Shown: in pieces, positions 20,768 through 30,791 of the stretch
Position numbering within the stretch: position 1 is the stretch's first letter
Layout: the number at the start of each line of letters is the position of its first letter
Source: an uncultured Gemmatimonadales bacterium
Lineage (GTDB): Bacteria > Gemmatimonadota > Gemmatimonadetes > Longimicrobiales > RSA9
DNA length: 64,000 bases
NCBI GenBank assembly: GCA_963798085.1
Contig: CAWCRS010000008.1
Coordinates: 96,001 to 160,000 of the forward strand
Direction: 5' to 3'
The notes under the pieces: model-generated
The model's database searches: none
What the model saw: the letters and a program-made list of their open reading frames with translations, nothing else
What the model was told of the DNA's origin: nothing
Made by a program: the position numbers and the translations under genes

Positions 20768-21215
20768 ACGGACAACGGAAATTCTCACACAGTGGCCACG
20801 GAGGGCACTGGGGACGGATCGACGGAAACAGGATCGGCGATCGCGGGGGACACATTTCCTGAGAATGACTGCAACAGGGAGAAGCCTGCGCTGCGGGCAG
20901 AATCATCATGGATGGAAAGGAGTATGTCTGGCATCAGCACTGCCCGCACGGTCGCGTGCGCGGCAGCGCGGGATCGTGGAGCGAATGTCGGTCAGAGTCG
21001 TTGCCCGCAGCAAGGTGTCATATAACTGACAAACCGGGCACCACTGAAACCGATCAACCACAGCTACCGACTCCCCGTCACCACCTCCACTCCAGCTCCT
21101 GCATCGAGACTGTTCAGCCCCAATGCCCCCCCCCGTGTCCGCACCCTGCCGACTCGTGTGTTATCCGTCCTCAGTGCCCCCTGTGGCCTCTGTGTGATAA
21201 AATTCTGTTATCCGT
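20768..21215. repeat. MITE/REPIN-like element: ~52-bp imperfect inverted repeats around ~340 bp of non-coding DNA
   Basis: Left 20768-20819 ACGGACAACGGAAATTCTCACACAGTGGCCACGGAGGGCACTGGGGACGGAT; reverse complement of right 21163-21215 ACGGATAACAGAATTTTATCACACAGAGGCCACAGGGGGCACTGAGGACGGAT. Confidence 0.75.
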
Positions 21216-21265
21216 CCTCGGCGCCCTCGTTTTCGAGCCTCCGAGCCTCGCTGCACGAGTCGCGA

Positions 21266-22414
21266 TCACCGCCCCCGCCGAAGACCCGTCCCCGCGTAGC
21301 CGGTCAGCTCGACGTAGCCCCTGCCTGCAATGGGGGCGCCGGCGCGCGTGCCGCGCACATCTACGGCGCCCTCCCAGTAGCGCACGGCGAGGTTCAGTTC
21401 CTGGTCTGCTGACACGGGTGTTACCTCGAGGTCGAGGCCGAGACCGGGCACGCGCACGCGCCACCGGGAAGGATAGCGCGCTCCGTCCAGCGGGCTGATC
21501 CAGGTGGCCAGCGGGGTGATCGTTGCGGCTGCGGCATCGAGATGGGTCGTGCCGCCGCGCGCGTCGACGAACGTGCCGGCGCTGAACGGATCCGTGCTGT
21601 CGTCCGAGCGGCGCAGGCGGTACACCATCAGCTCGGTGGAGTCGTTGAGCTGCAGCGCGAACCAGTCCCAGCCGGCGACGCCGGGTCCCAGGCTGCTGGT
21701 GCTCCATTCGCGATCGAACCAGCTGGCGCCCTGGACGCGCGTTTCGCCCGCTGGTGTATGCACGGTGCCTTCTGCAGGCAGGCGGGTGAACGAGTAGTAG
21801 TAGCTCGCGCTGCCCGGGGCGTCGCTCTTGCGGCTGAGGCCGGCATCGCCGTGCAGAACCAGCGGCTTGCCCGCAGTCAGGACGAGATCAATGGCGACAC
21901 CGCTGTCCGCAGCCTGCACGTGCAGCGGGAAGAATGCGGAATCGGTCGAGCGCATGCTCCAGTCTTCGAGCCACACGCGGAAGGGCGCCGCTTCCGCGCC
22001 GGCCAGTTCCTCCGCGCCGCGCGCGAAGCGCTCGAATGCGTGATAGCGACCGGCCCGCACATCCGTGAGCGCGAAGTGCGCCATGTACACCTGGCGCGTG
22101 GCCCAGCCCGATGCACGCTGCGGCATCGCGGGCGCGAGCGCGCTCCGGAAAATCGTGAGCTGCCAGCCGAAGCGCGCGCCCGTTTCGCTCTGCAGATTGC
22201 CGGTGAGATACCACCACTCGGTGCGGAAATCGGGGTGCGGGCCGTGGTCGCGCGGAAATACGAACGGCCGCGGTACAAACGCACGGGCATAACCCGCTGT
22301 GTCCTCGCCGCCCACTGCCTGCGCGACGGACAGCGTGGCGCGCACCACGTCGCGCGGCGAGGCGCCACCCAGCAGGCGCACGGCCAGCGCGCGCGAGCAC
22401 AAGCACCAGACCAC
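21266..22414 (-). CDS. AttH/CrtC-like lipocalin-fold secreted protein (start uncertain)
   Basis: FPRDHGPHPDFRTEWWYLTGNL, SYYYS, WFDREWS, GWDWFALQL, YWEG..GYVELTGY. Confidence 0.88.
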   Translation of the reverse strand: MVWCLCSRALAVRLLGGASPRDVVRATLSVAQAVGGEDTAGYARAFVPRPFVFPRDHGPHPDFRTEWWYLTGNLQSETGARFGWQLTIFRSALAPAMPQRASGWATRQVYMAHFALTDVRAGRYHAFERFARGAEELAGAEAAPFRVWLEDWSMRSTDSAFFPLHVQAADSGVAIDLVLTAGKPLVLHGDAGLSRKSDAPGSASYYYSFTRLPAEGTVHTPAGETRVQGASWFDREWSTSSLGPGVAGWDWFALQLNDSTELMVYRLRRSDDSTDPFSAGTFVDARGGTTHLDAAAATITPLATWISPLDGARYPSRWRVRVPGLGLDLEVTPVSADQELNLAVRYWEGAVDVRGTRAGAPIAGRGYVELTGYAGTGLRRGR

Positions 22415-22496
22415 CCGCAGCGAAGCCGCGCCACAATGAGCGCCGGAGCAGGCTCACCGGTTGCCGCACCGGGCCGCAAGCGCGTAATGCATGCGA

Positions 22497-25037
22497 TTAC
22501 TCCTCGCGCAGCGCGGCGGCGGGCGGCGTTCCGGCCATGCGCAAGGCGGGATAAATGCCCGCGAGCAGCGCAGCCAGCAGCGCCAGGCCAACGGCCTGCA
22601 GCAGGCCGGTCCCGTCGGCGTGCAGGTTCATCGTCCAGCCGAAGGAGCGACGATTCACCACACGGATGAGGAGCCAGGCCATGGCCAGTGCCAGCGGTGC
22701 GCCCAGTACGCCCGCGGCCAGGCCCATGAGTCCGGTCTGTGCCGTCACCAGGCCGCGCAGCTGTCCCGGTGTCAGGCCCGTGGCGCGCAGTACGCCCAGC
22801 TCGCGGGTCCGCTCCAGCTGCAGCGCCATCAACGAGGAGAGCACGCCCACGAACGCGACCAGCAGCGCCAGCGCGCGCAACACGCGTGTGATCGCGAAGG
22901 TCCGATCGAACACATCGAGCGTCACCTGGCGCAGCCCGCGATTGGAGCGCACGAACAGCTGCTGCACACCGGCCGTGCGCTGCGTGATGGCTGCCGCCAC
23001 CGCCTCGGCATCCGTGCCGGGCGCGAGGAACACCGCCATCGAGGAAACACCCGCGTCGCGCCACCACGTGTCATAGGCAGCACGATCCAGGAAGGCCACG
23101 CCGAATTCGCTGGAATAGTCCCGGAACACGGCCGCCACCGGAAAACCATGAGGGCCGCGATCGGTGGCCAGAACCGCCGTGTCGCCTGCACTCAGATGAT
23201 TGCGCCATGCGAAACTCTCGGACACCAGCAGCGCGCCGCGCGCGAACGCCGGCCACACCGCCTGCGCATCGCCCTGCAGGAAGCTGAACGCCGCGCGGTG
23301 CCGTGGGAACATGGCAAGGGCCACGAGGTGCAGGTCGCCGGCCGGATAACGCAGCGTTATCTGGCGGTAGCGGCTCACACCGGCAATGCCGGGCGACGAC
23401 GCCACCGCCGCCACTGCGCGCGGATCCAGCGTGCCTTCGCCGCGGCCGCTGGTCGCCGTGGAGACGTAGAGGTCGGCCTGCAGCGTCGTGTCCAGCCAGT
23501 GCTCGACACTGCGCCGGAAGCTGCTCACCATGATGGCGACCGCGGCGCCCACCGACACGGCCACCATGAGCGCGGCCACGGCCGGACCGGTGCGACTGAG
23601 CGCAGCCGTAACGCCACGCACGGCCATGCTGCCCAGCTGCCCGAACAGGCGGGTCGCGAGCGGGCGCAGCAGGCGCATGAGCAGCATGGTTCCCAGCGGC
23701 GCCAGCAGGGCCGCGGCCAGCACGACCGAGAACATGGCGCCGAAGCCCGCACGCAGATCGCCGCCCGGCAGCGCAATGAGGATGGCCGCCAGCGCCAGCA
23801 GCAGGGCGCCGCCTGCCGCGGCGCGCAGCGCAGTGCGCCGGGCCCGCGACTCGAGCAGCGAGCGCACCGTGGCGGATCGCGGCGTCGTCGACGTGGCTTC
23901 GCGCAGCGGCGGCAGCGTGGCCAGCACGGTGGCGCCCATGCCGAGCAGCACGCCCTTGAGCAGAGAAACGGGGGCGAGCGAGACGTGCGTGACGCTCACC
24001 GCGAAGTACAGGTCATTGATGGTGCGCGCCACCAGCCGCACCAGCGCACTGCCCAGCGCCGCGCCCAGAACCAGACCGAGCAGCGTCGCCAGCAATCCGA
24101 TGACCACGGCCTCACCCAGCACCAGCGCGAAGATCTCGCGCCGGGTCACGCCCACGGCGCGCAGCAGCCCGATCAGCTCGCGCCGCTGCACCACCGCGAA
24201 ACTCATGGTGTCATAGATCAGCAGCGCGCCAAACACCAGTGTTATCAAGGCGAAAGCGGAGAGGTTCAGCTCGAACGCTCGGGCCATGCCGAGCGTGCTC
24301 TGAGCCCGGGCCGCCGTGGTCACGACTTCCGCGCCCGGTGGCAGCACGGCGCGCACGCGCTGCAACTGCCGCTCGCCTGCTTCGCCCGCCGCCAGTTCGA
24401 GGTCAATGCGGTCCAGGCCGTGGCTGCGTCCGGTCAGCTCCTGCGCCGTCGCAATGTCCGCGAGCACCAGATCGGCGAGACCCGCACGACTGCGCGCATC
24501 GGACGGCCGCAGCACACCGGCCACCCAGGCAGAATGCGTGCGGCCCGCGAACTCGAGTGTCAGCGAATCACCGGGCGTGAGGCCCAGCGCGCTCGCGGTG
24601 GCCGCGGGCAGGAGCAGCGCGCCCGGCCGCGTCAGCATCACCGCGAGATCGGCATCGCCGGCCGACACGTCCAGGTATCCGCGGAACCTCGCCTCGGCGA
24701 ACGGGTCGACGCCCAGCAGCTGCGCGCTGCGCACGCCGGCCGCCGCGCGCAGGCGCACCGCCGCGTCGACGACCGGCGCGGCGGGCAGGCCGAGATCCAC
24801 ACGCAGCACGCGATCGAGACTGTCCGGCAGGCCGGCCGGTCCCGCCAGCAGCTGGTGCGTGGTGCGCCCGAACACGGCTTCCGCTGAGAGCGTGAAGGCG
24901 CGGCGCGCGCTGGCCGTCGCCAGGTCGACCAATGTGACCACGGCCACACCCAGCGCAATGCCGATCACGGCCAGCGCCGCCTGCCAGGGATGACGCAGGT
25001 AGTGCCGCAGACCCGCACGGCGCAGCAGCGGACTCAT
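22497..25037 (-). CDS. FtsX-like ABC transporter permease (AttF/G type)
   Basis: Two FtsX domains ([22 protein letters not shown]); overlaps the ATPase stop. Confidence 0.9.
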   Translation of the reverse strand: MSPLLRRAGLRHYLRHPWQAALAVIGIALGVAVVTLVDLATASARRAFTLSAEAVFGRTTHQLLAGPAGLPDSLDRVLRVDLGLPAAPVVDAAVRLRAAAGVRSAQLLGVDPFAEARFRGYLDVSAGDADLAVMLTRPGALLLPAATASALGLTPGDSLTLEFAGRTHSAWVAGVLRPSDARSRAGLADLVLADIATAQELTGRSHGLDRIDLELAAGEAGERQLQRVRAVLPPGAEVVTTAARAQSTLGMARAFELNLSAFALITLVFGALLIYDTMSFAVVQRRELIGLLRAVGVTRREIFALVLGEAVVIGLLATLLGLVLGAALGSALVRLVARTINDLYFAVSVTHVSLAPVSLLKGVLLGMGATVLATLPPLREATSTTPRSATVRSLLESRARRTALRAAAGGALLLALAAILIALPGGDLRAGFGAMFSVVLAAALLAPLGTMLLMRLLRPLATRLFGQLGSMAVRGVTAALSRTGPAVAALMVAVSVGAAVAIMVSSFRRSVEHWLDTTLQADLYVSTATSGRGEGTLDPRAVAAVASSPGIAGVSRYRQITLRYPAGDLHLVALAMFPRHRAAFSFLQGDAQAVWPAFARGALLVSESFAWRNHLSAGDTAVLATDRGPHGFPVAAVFRDYSSEFGVAFLDRAAYDTWWRDAGVSSMAVFLAPGTDAEAVAAAITQRTAGVQQLFVRSNRGLRQVTLDVFDRTFAITRVLRALALLVAFVGVLSSLMALQLERTRELGVLRATGLTPGQLRGLVTAQTGLMGLAAGVLGAPLALAMAWLLIRVVNRRSFGWTMNLHADGTGLLQAVGLALLAALLAGIYPALRMAGTPPAAALREE

Positions 25038-25735
25038 CGGAGAGCACCGCGCTCGAGCAGATGGCCGTGCGAGAGCTGCAGCACGCGGTCCGCCCGCTGC
25101 ACGACACGCTCACTGTGTGTTACCACCAGCAGCGTACGCCCGGCCGCGCGCGTCAGCGACTCGAGCAGGTCGAGCACGGCTTCCGCATTGTCGTCGTCGA
25201 GATTGCCGGTGGGCTCATCCGCCAGCACCAGCACCGGCTCGTGCACCAGCGCACGCGCAATCGCGACGCGCTGCTGCTCACCACCCGAAAGGCGATCGGG
25301 AAACGTGTCCGCCCGGCGCGCCAGCCCGACCCGCTCGAGCAGTGCATGCGCCACGGCAGGATCCGCGCGGCGACCATTCAGCTCCAGCGGTAACAGCAGA
25401 TTCTCCGCGACCGTCAGCGTGGGCAGCAGATTGAAGAACTGGAAGATGAATCCCACACGGCGCCGCCGGAACAGCGTGCGCGCCCGCTCGTCCAGACGCC
25501 CGAGCGAGACGCCGCCCACCACGATCTCCCCCGCGTCCGGCAGATCGATGCCGCCCACCAGATTGAGCAGCGTCGACTTGCCCGATCCGCTCGGCCCCAG
25601 CAGCACCACGAACTCACCCGCACCCACACACGCGCTTACGCCATCCAGCACCACGTGCTCCGCGTCGCCCTCGCGGTAGCTCTTGCGTACATCCGTCAGG
25701 CGGATCAAGACATCGGTTTCGGCAGCGTTGCGCAT
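25034..25735 (-). CDS. ABC transporter ATP-binding protein (LolD-like)
   Basis: [36 protein letters not shown]. Confidence 0.95.
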   Translation of the reverse strand: MRNAAETDVLIRLTDVRKSYREGDAEHVVLDGVSACVGAGEFVVLLGPSGSGKSTLLNLVGGIDLPDAGEIVVGGVSLGRLDERARTLFRRRRVGFIFQFFNLLPTLTVAENLLLPLELNGRRADPAVAHALLERVGLARRADTFPDRLSGGEQQRVAIARALVHEPVLVLADEPTGNLDDDNAEAVLDLLESLTRAAGRTLLVVTHSERVVQRADRVLQLSHGHLLERGALR

Positions 25736-25787
25736 GGCGCAAGGTAATGCTGGAGCCGGCGGGCTGCCTGCAGCGGTCTCTCAATAG

Positions 25788-26009
25788 CGTTGCTGGGGCT
25801 GGTTGCTCGCGCGGATCCAGCGTTGCTGCACGGGCTGGTCGCTGTGAACTCGACATGCGCGCTTCAATTGTCCAGCCGCCGAACAATGCGAAGTCCGTTC
25901 ATCCGTTCCCCAGCAACCAGCGCCAGCAACCAGCCCCAGCAACGCCGTTGATCCAGCCGTGTGTGTCGCTCTTTCCCAACCGCAGCCCGTGACCCGGCCC
26001 CGGCAACGC
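25788..26009. repeat. REPIN-like cluster (two forward, two inverted copies) of the same unit as 3251-3500
   Basis: CGTTGCTGGGGCTGGTTGCT at 25788; inverted copy 25905-25944 (revcomp CGTTGCTGGGGCTGGTTGCTGGCGCTGGTTGCTGGGGAAC); degenerate copies at ~25821 and 25972-26009. Confidence 0.75.
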
Positions 26010-26020
26010 GGGGCAACGCG

Positions 26021-26549
26021 CTATTTCCCGACGGACGCCCGCAACTGCCGGGCCTCCCGGAGATGGGCCTCGAGCACGGGCTCCACCTTCTCGAGCAGCG
26101 CTTTGAGCTGCGGATTCTTCGCGCCGGGAACCAGCACCTGTGTCACCGCATCGATCACAGCCTGGTGATACGCGACTTCGCGGTCCGCATAGGCGACGTC
26201 GAAGGCGGCGCCGCTCAGGGGCTGCAGTCGGGCCCTGGCTTCGGTGGCGCCCTGCTGCAGCGCCCGGCTGGTGGTGTTGTCGGCCGGGGTCACGTGCAGC
26301 GCCTGAACCAGCGTCGTCGCCTGATCGATCACGCTTGCGTGATCCTGAGCCATCATGCGCGCGAACTGCAACACTGCCTGATTCCGGCTCTTCGACTGCG
26401 CCAGCTTCGCCATGTCAATGTCGATCTGGTTCGCGGTCACGGCAATGTGGGCAATCTCCGCATCAGTGGGTCCCGGCTGCTGAGCCCGGGCCAGCGCGGG
26501 CAGGGCCACGCTGACGATGAGACTGAATGCCTGCGATGCTTCGGCTCAT
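26021..26549 (-). CDS. DUF4142-family secreted protein, frameshift in the signal-peptide region
   Basis: AGGAGG RBS before ATG 26549; TDAEIAHIAVTANQIDI..QFARMMAQDH..FDVAY..YH..HL..A. Confidence 0.8.
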
Positions 26550-26677
26550 GGTCGTCTTCCTCCTGGATGCCATCCGGTTTCCGCCGGCGCCACTGGGTCG
26601 GGCGCTCCGCGTCGCGGCGGTGCGCGAGGCGAGCCGGCGGCTGGTGTGCGGAGGAGGGTAGCTCCACAATCGACACT

Positions 26678-26702
26678 TTGTCAATATCTTTATTGTATAA
26701 AC
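26678..26702. promoter_or_regulatory. AT-rich imperfect palindrome between divergent genes, probable operator/promoter
   Basis: TTTGTCAATATCTTTATTGTATAAA in otherwise GC-rich DNA; contains TTGACA on the minus strand. Confidence 0.5.
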
Positions 26703-26790
26703 TCGCCACGGCCGGACACGTCGCGCAGATTGCACACCGCACATCACCGCCGCCGCACCCGACGCAGCGACCCGCGTGGAGGACCAGACA

Positions 26791-27408
26791 ATGGCGAAAT
26801 GGCACGAGCGCATGGCGGCCGGCACGCGGGGCCGCATCCTGGCGCTGCTGCGCCGCTCCGATCAGACGATCCCGGAGCTGGCCGAGTCGCTCGGGATCTC
26901 CGGGAACGCCGTGCGCGTGCACGTCGCGGCGCTGGAACGCGATGGCCTGCTGCATGCCGCCACATCGCGCAGTACCGGCGGCAAGCCGGCGCAGGTCTAT
27001 GCGCTGACGGATGCGGGGGTCGAGTTGTTCCCGCGTGCCTACGCGATCTTCCTTGCCGAGATGCTCGGTCTGGTGCTGGAACGCGACCGCGCCACTGCAC
27101 GCCGGCTGCTGCGCGAAGTGGGTCGCCGCGTCGGCTCGCGCCAGCCGGCCCGGCAGGGGACCGTGGCGGAAGGCGTACAGGCGGCGGCCGCGGCGTTGCG
27201 CCTGCTGGGCGGCAATGTGGAGGTGGAAGCGACGGGGACTGGATTTCGCCTGCGCGGACACGGCTGCCCGCTGCGCGCCGTGACGGCGCAGCAGCCCGCT
27301 GCCTGCGTGATGGCCGAAGCGTTCGTCGCCGCCGTGACCGGTCAGCCCACGACGGAAAAGTGCGAGAAGGGCGACCGGCCCCGCTGCGTCTTCGAGGTGA
27401 GAAGCTGA
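26791..27408 (+). CDS. HTH transcriptional regulator (ArsR/SufR-like wHTH plus Cys-containing C-terminal domain)
   Basis: TRGRILALL..IPELAESLGISGNAVRVHVAALERDGL..GKPAQVY; GCPL..AC..C..C. Confidence 0.85.
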   Translation: MAKWHERMAAGTRGRILALLRRSDQTIPELAESLGISGNAVRVHVAALERDGLLHAATSRSTGGKPAQVYALTDAGVELFPRAYAIFLAEMLGLVLERDRATARRLLREVGRRVGSRQPARQGTVAEGVQAAAAALRLLGGNVEVEATGTGFRLRGHGCPLRAVTAQQPAACVMAEAFVAAVTGQPTTEKCEKGDRPRCVFEVRS

Positions 27409-27601
27409 CCACCCGCAGCCGAAGCGGAGCAGAGCCGCGGCGGCATCGTCGCCTGAAATACGTTGTCAGGAAGATTGTGTCGGAGTGCGCCCGGCCTGCG
27501 CCGAAGCGCCGGGGACCGCTGCGCGCGCCTGCGCACGAATCAGGATCGCAGACCCAGCCCCAGCCGGCTGCAGCTCAGTTCCACTCCCGGCTGCCCGTGG
27601 G

Positions 27602-28004
27602 CTACAGGAGCCAGCGCAGCACGCGGAACACCCAGTCGGCGCTGGCGATCAGCGTGGGCAGCAGGGCGAGGCCGGCGGAGAAGGTGAGGCCCATGCGGAA
27701 GAGCACCGGGCCCGTGGGAAGCACCTTGCCGCCGCCCAGCTTTTCGATCGCGATCTCGGTCATGGGCCCGAACAGGTAGCAGAATGTTTCCCATCACGGC
27801 GAAGACCAGAACCGCGCCCAGCGGCAGCATCGCATGCGGGTCCGGCGGCAGCCAGGTGAGCAGCCGGATCACGCCCAGCGAAAACAGGCCGGCCGCCCCT
27901 ACGGCGAGGTTCCACTTCAGGCGGCGGGCCTCCCACCAGCGGAAAATGGCCGGGGCGCTGCGCGCGGCAGGCGCAGGAAAGAGGAACTCCGTGAGCGCGG
28001 TCAT
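27602..28004 (-). CDS. Hypothetical small membrane protein, frameshift near 27782
   Basis: MTALTEFLFPAP..RWWEARRLKWNLAVG..AVMGNI, continuing CYLFGPMTEIAIE..LFRMGLTFSAGLALLP..RWLL* after a one-base shift. Confidence 0.65.
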
Positions 28005-28369
28005 CAGCAGGCTGCCGGGTTGTGTGATGCGTGTCGGTTGCCTGGAGGATGGCGGTCCCGGTCCCGTGTGTCAAGTACTTCACATTGCAAAGTTGCGGAC
28101 CTGCCAACCCGCGCGCAGGCGTGCGGCATTGCGCGGATCCATTCGCGCAGAGGCGCGCAAACCGGCCTGGCCGGGCTGCCATGCGCACGACTGCAAGTGA
28201 CTGACAGGTCGTTAGTTGTGCGATCCGGTCGCGCTGGCCTGCCGGGTGCCTTGCGCGTCAGGGCCGCCGGGGTTCGGCGGTTCCCGGACGCGCGGACGCG
28301 GCCGGCCGCCGCCGCGCCGGGACAGGAAGTCACGCGCTCTCCAGAGAGCGCAGGGCAGGGAGGTGTGTG

Positions 28370-28685
28370 ATGCAACGTTCAGTCAGTCGGGTGGTGGCGG
28401 CGTGCGTGCTGCTTCTGGGCGGCTTCGCGATGGCGCTGAGCGCGAAGGAGGCGCTGGGCTGCGCCAACATGATCTCGGGTGACATCGGTCATCCGGTGAC
28501 GGGCTACCTGATCGGTACGGAGACCCGCACGCAGACGTGGACAGTGACAGTGATCACGGCGCCTGGCGGTGTGGGCGGATCGGCCGCTTCCACCGTTTCG
28601 GTCACGTACGACGTGGGATTCTACCGAGATGTCCGACGGCACACGGCTGGCTATCGACTGTCGGAGCTACGACGTCACTTCCTGA
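28370..28685 (+). CDS. Secreted two-cysteine mini-protein, paralog 1 (~104 aa after removing one extra base near 28624)
   Basis: GGGAGG RBS; signal peptide ending ALSA; corrected C-terminus GFYEMSDGTRLAIDCRSYDVTS* aligns with the 29373-29675 protein. Confidence 0.75.
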
Positions 28686-28700
28686 GTCCGCCGTTCGGAG

Positions 28701-28723
28701 GGGACCGGCACCATGCCGGTCCC
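28701..28723 (+). terminator. GC-rich hairpin right after paralog 1
   Basis: GGGACCGGCA-CCA-TGCCGGTCCC perfect 10-bp stem ~15 nt after TGA 28685; no U-tract. Confidence 0.45.
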
Positions 28724-29372
28724 GCTCCACGGCGCCCGTTGCGCCGGCTCCCGCCGCTGGTGTGTCCGTTGCGCGTGGCGCGCGAGGCGGCGGTGCGTCC
28801 CCGTCGCCCTGGCAGTGGGATGCGGCGTTGGCTGGAGTGACCGCGGCCGGTCGCCTCTAACCTTGTCTTAGCACCCATCCTCGCCGGGTCCGTCCGCGCC
28901 GCCGGGTGAGGGTTGCATCGCCTGTCCGGTTCATGGAATGCGACACGCGTGTCCTCGTCCGGCGCGTGCCTGCTGCCCGCGTCTCGCCGAATGTCCGATC
29001 CGGCTATGGCCTTCCGAAACCGCAATGACAACCCTGTCACGGCCGGCATCAGCCCCCGCCGCGCTGCAAGCCGGGCAGGCGCGAGCCGCGGCGGGTGGCG
29101 TACGTGGCGACGGGCGGCTGGGTCTGGCGCGCCTGGTGTCATTGGCGGGGTCCGTGTTCACTGGCTGCGCAGAAGCGGGCAGACATGGGAAGACCTGCGC
29201 AGTGCGGGACGCCGAGGCGTGCCTGCGATTCCTTCTAACTCACTGTTGCAGGAAGACCTGGAGCCGTGACGTCCGGCGGTCCGGGGTGTGCGTTGCCAGC
29301 GGGCAGGGGCGGCACTCGCGGTCGCAACAGATCGGCCGCTCTCTGCAACACACAACGCACCGGGAGGAAGAC

Positions 29373-29675
29373 ATGCGGGCATGGCGGGGAGCGGCGCTCA
29401 TTGCGTGCGCGAGCATGACGGCGCTGGCGTCGGCGCGGGCGCACGCCAAGGAATCGGGATGTGCAGACACGCTGAGCGGAGCGACGGGCAATGGCGAGCC
29501 GATGAGCGGCTACCTGCTGGGTGCGGAGACGCACACGTATTACTTCCCGTTCTTCTCCGGGGGTACGTGGATCCTGGCGCAGGGCACCTACAGCGAGGGC
29601 TACTACCAGTTCAGCGATGGCACGCGTCTGCTCATCAGCTGCGACGATCTGAAGATCACGGTCACGGGCACGTGA
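29373..29675 (+). CDS. Secreted two-cysteine mini-protein, paralog 2 (100 aa)
   Basis: GGGAGGAAGAC-ATG; signal ending ARAHA; mature KESGC...GYLLGAET...EGYYQFSDGTRLLISC. Confidence 0.8.
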   Translation: MRAWRGAALIACASMTALASARAHAKESGCADTLSGATGNGEPMSGYLLGAETHTYYFPFFSGGTWILAQGTYSEGYYQFSDGTRLLISCDDLKITVTGT

Positions 29676-29729
29676 ATGCCCGCGCGACCGGGAACGCAAC
29701 GAAATTCACCTGGACCGAGGGGGACCGAC

Positions 29730-30791
29730 ATGATGCGCTCGACAGGTCTGATCCGGCCGTCCCGGCGGGTCCGCATTGCCGCGCTGCTGCTCTGCGACGT
29801 AGTCGCGGGCTGCGGTGGACGGGTTGCCGACGCATCCGGCGTCATGGAGGAGCAGCGGCCATCGCTGGTGCTCGAGGCGGTGGAAGCGTCGGGTCCGAAG
29901 GCAGCAGGCGAGCACCCGGTCGAGCTGTTTCACACGACGGATCTCGCGCTGGTGGGTGACACGATCGTGCTGGTCGATTCGGGGAACGACCGCCTCGTGC
30001 TGCTGGACGCCAGTCTGAGTCCGCTCGCGGTGATCGGCAGGCAGGGAGCCGGCCCGGGCGAGTTCGAAGCGCCGCTCACCATCCGGACCGCGCCGGACCG
30101 GATGGTGGTTTACGAGCTGGGCAACGCGCGGTTCAATGTGTTCGAGCGCAACGGCGAGTTCCGCCAGGTCATTCCCGGGATCACGAGTGGTGGCTGGTTC
30201 GAAATGCTGAGCGACGGCCGCGTGGTCGTGCCGGCTCGGTCCGCCGCCAACTACCTCGCCTTTGCCGGCGACACTGCGCACGCTTTCGCCGGCCGTGTGG
30301 ACACGGCGCGCACGGAGCAGCAGATCAGGGCCGCAATGGAGGGGTTCCGGTACCCGCTGCTGGCGGCCACGGGTGACACGCTGCACGTGTTCGACGCGGT
30401 GGCGGGCGTGCTGCTCAAGTACGATGTCCGTGGCAGGCTGCTGTTGAAGCGAGCGCTGCCCACGGCGCTGCTCGATTCACTGAAGAGCGAGCTGCACGAC
30501 ACAATGGCGCCATTTCTGAAGCGGGGAGCGGTGATCGGTGGGGCGGGCGTGGCGAAGGGTCTGACGGTCACGCGCGATGGCCGGCTGCTGCTCCTGCTCA
30601 GCTATTCGCGCACGGTCGCGCTGCTGATAGACCCGGTGACCTATCGAGCGACCCGCATCATCGTGCGGGATGATGGGCCAGCAGCCACCAGCTTGCGTGT
30701 GGCGGCGGCGGCAGTGTACGCGCAGCCGAGGCTCTACGCGGTGACATCGGACAGCGTGATCGCCTATCGTCTGGGGCCGGCCACGAAATGA
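29730..30791 (+). CDS. Six-bladed beta-propeller (NHL-like) lipoprotein
   Basis: GAGGGG RBS; lipobox-like VAGC; LVDSGNDRLVLLD..IGRQGAGPGEF propeller signature. Confidence 0.75.
   Translation: MMRSTGLIRPSRRVRIAALLLCDVVAGCGGRVADASGVMEEQRPSLVLEAVEASGPKAAGEHPVELFHTTDLALVGDTIVLVDSGNDRLVLLDASLSPLAVIGRQGAGPGEFEAPLTIRTAPDRMVVYELGNARFNVFERNGEFRQVIPGITSGGWFEMLSDGRVVVPARSAANYLAFAGDTAHAFAGRVDTARTEQQIRAAMEGFRYPLLAATGDTLHVFDAVAGVLLKYDVRGRLLLKRALPTALLDSLKSELHDTMAPFLKRGAVIGGAGVAKGLTVTRDGRLLLLLSYSRTVALLIDPVTYRATRIIVRDDGPAATSLRVAAAAVYAQPRLYAVTSDSVIAYRLGPATK

Noticed and set aside
22491..24887. Long antisense ORFs (798 aa here; also 32345-34285 and 37153-38886)
   Set aside because: Typical antisense shadows of high-GC coding genes, with no recognisable motifs.
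28686..28840. Arg/Pro-rich C-terminus of the 157-aa ORF 28367-28840
   Set aside because: Frameshift artefact; the corrected frame matches the paralog and ends at 28685.
28724..29372. Possible third mini-protein or ORF between the paralogs
   Set aside because: No RBS-signal peptide-Cys scaffold seen; the listed ORFs look like GC-rich shadow frames.
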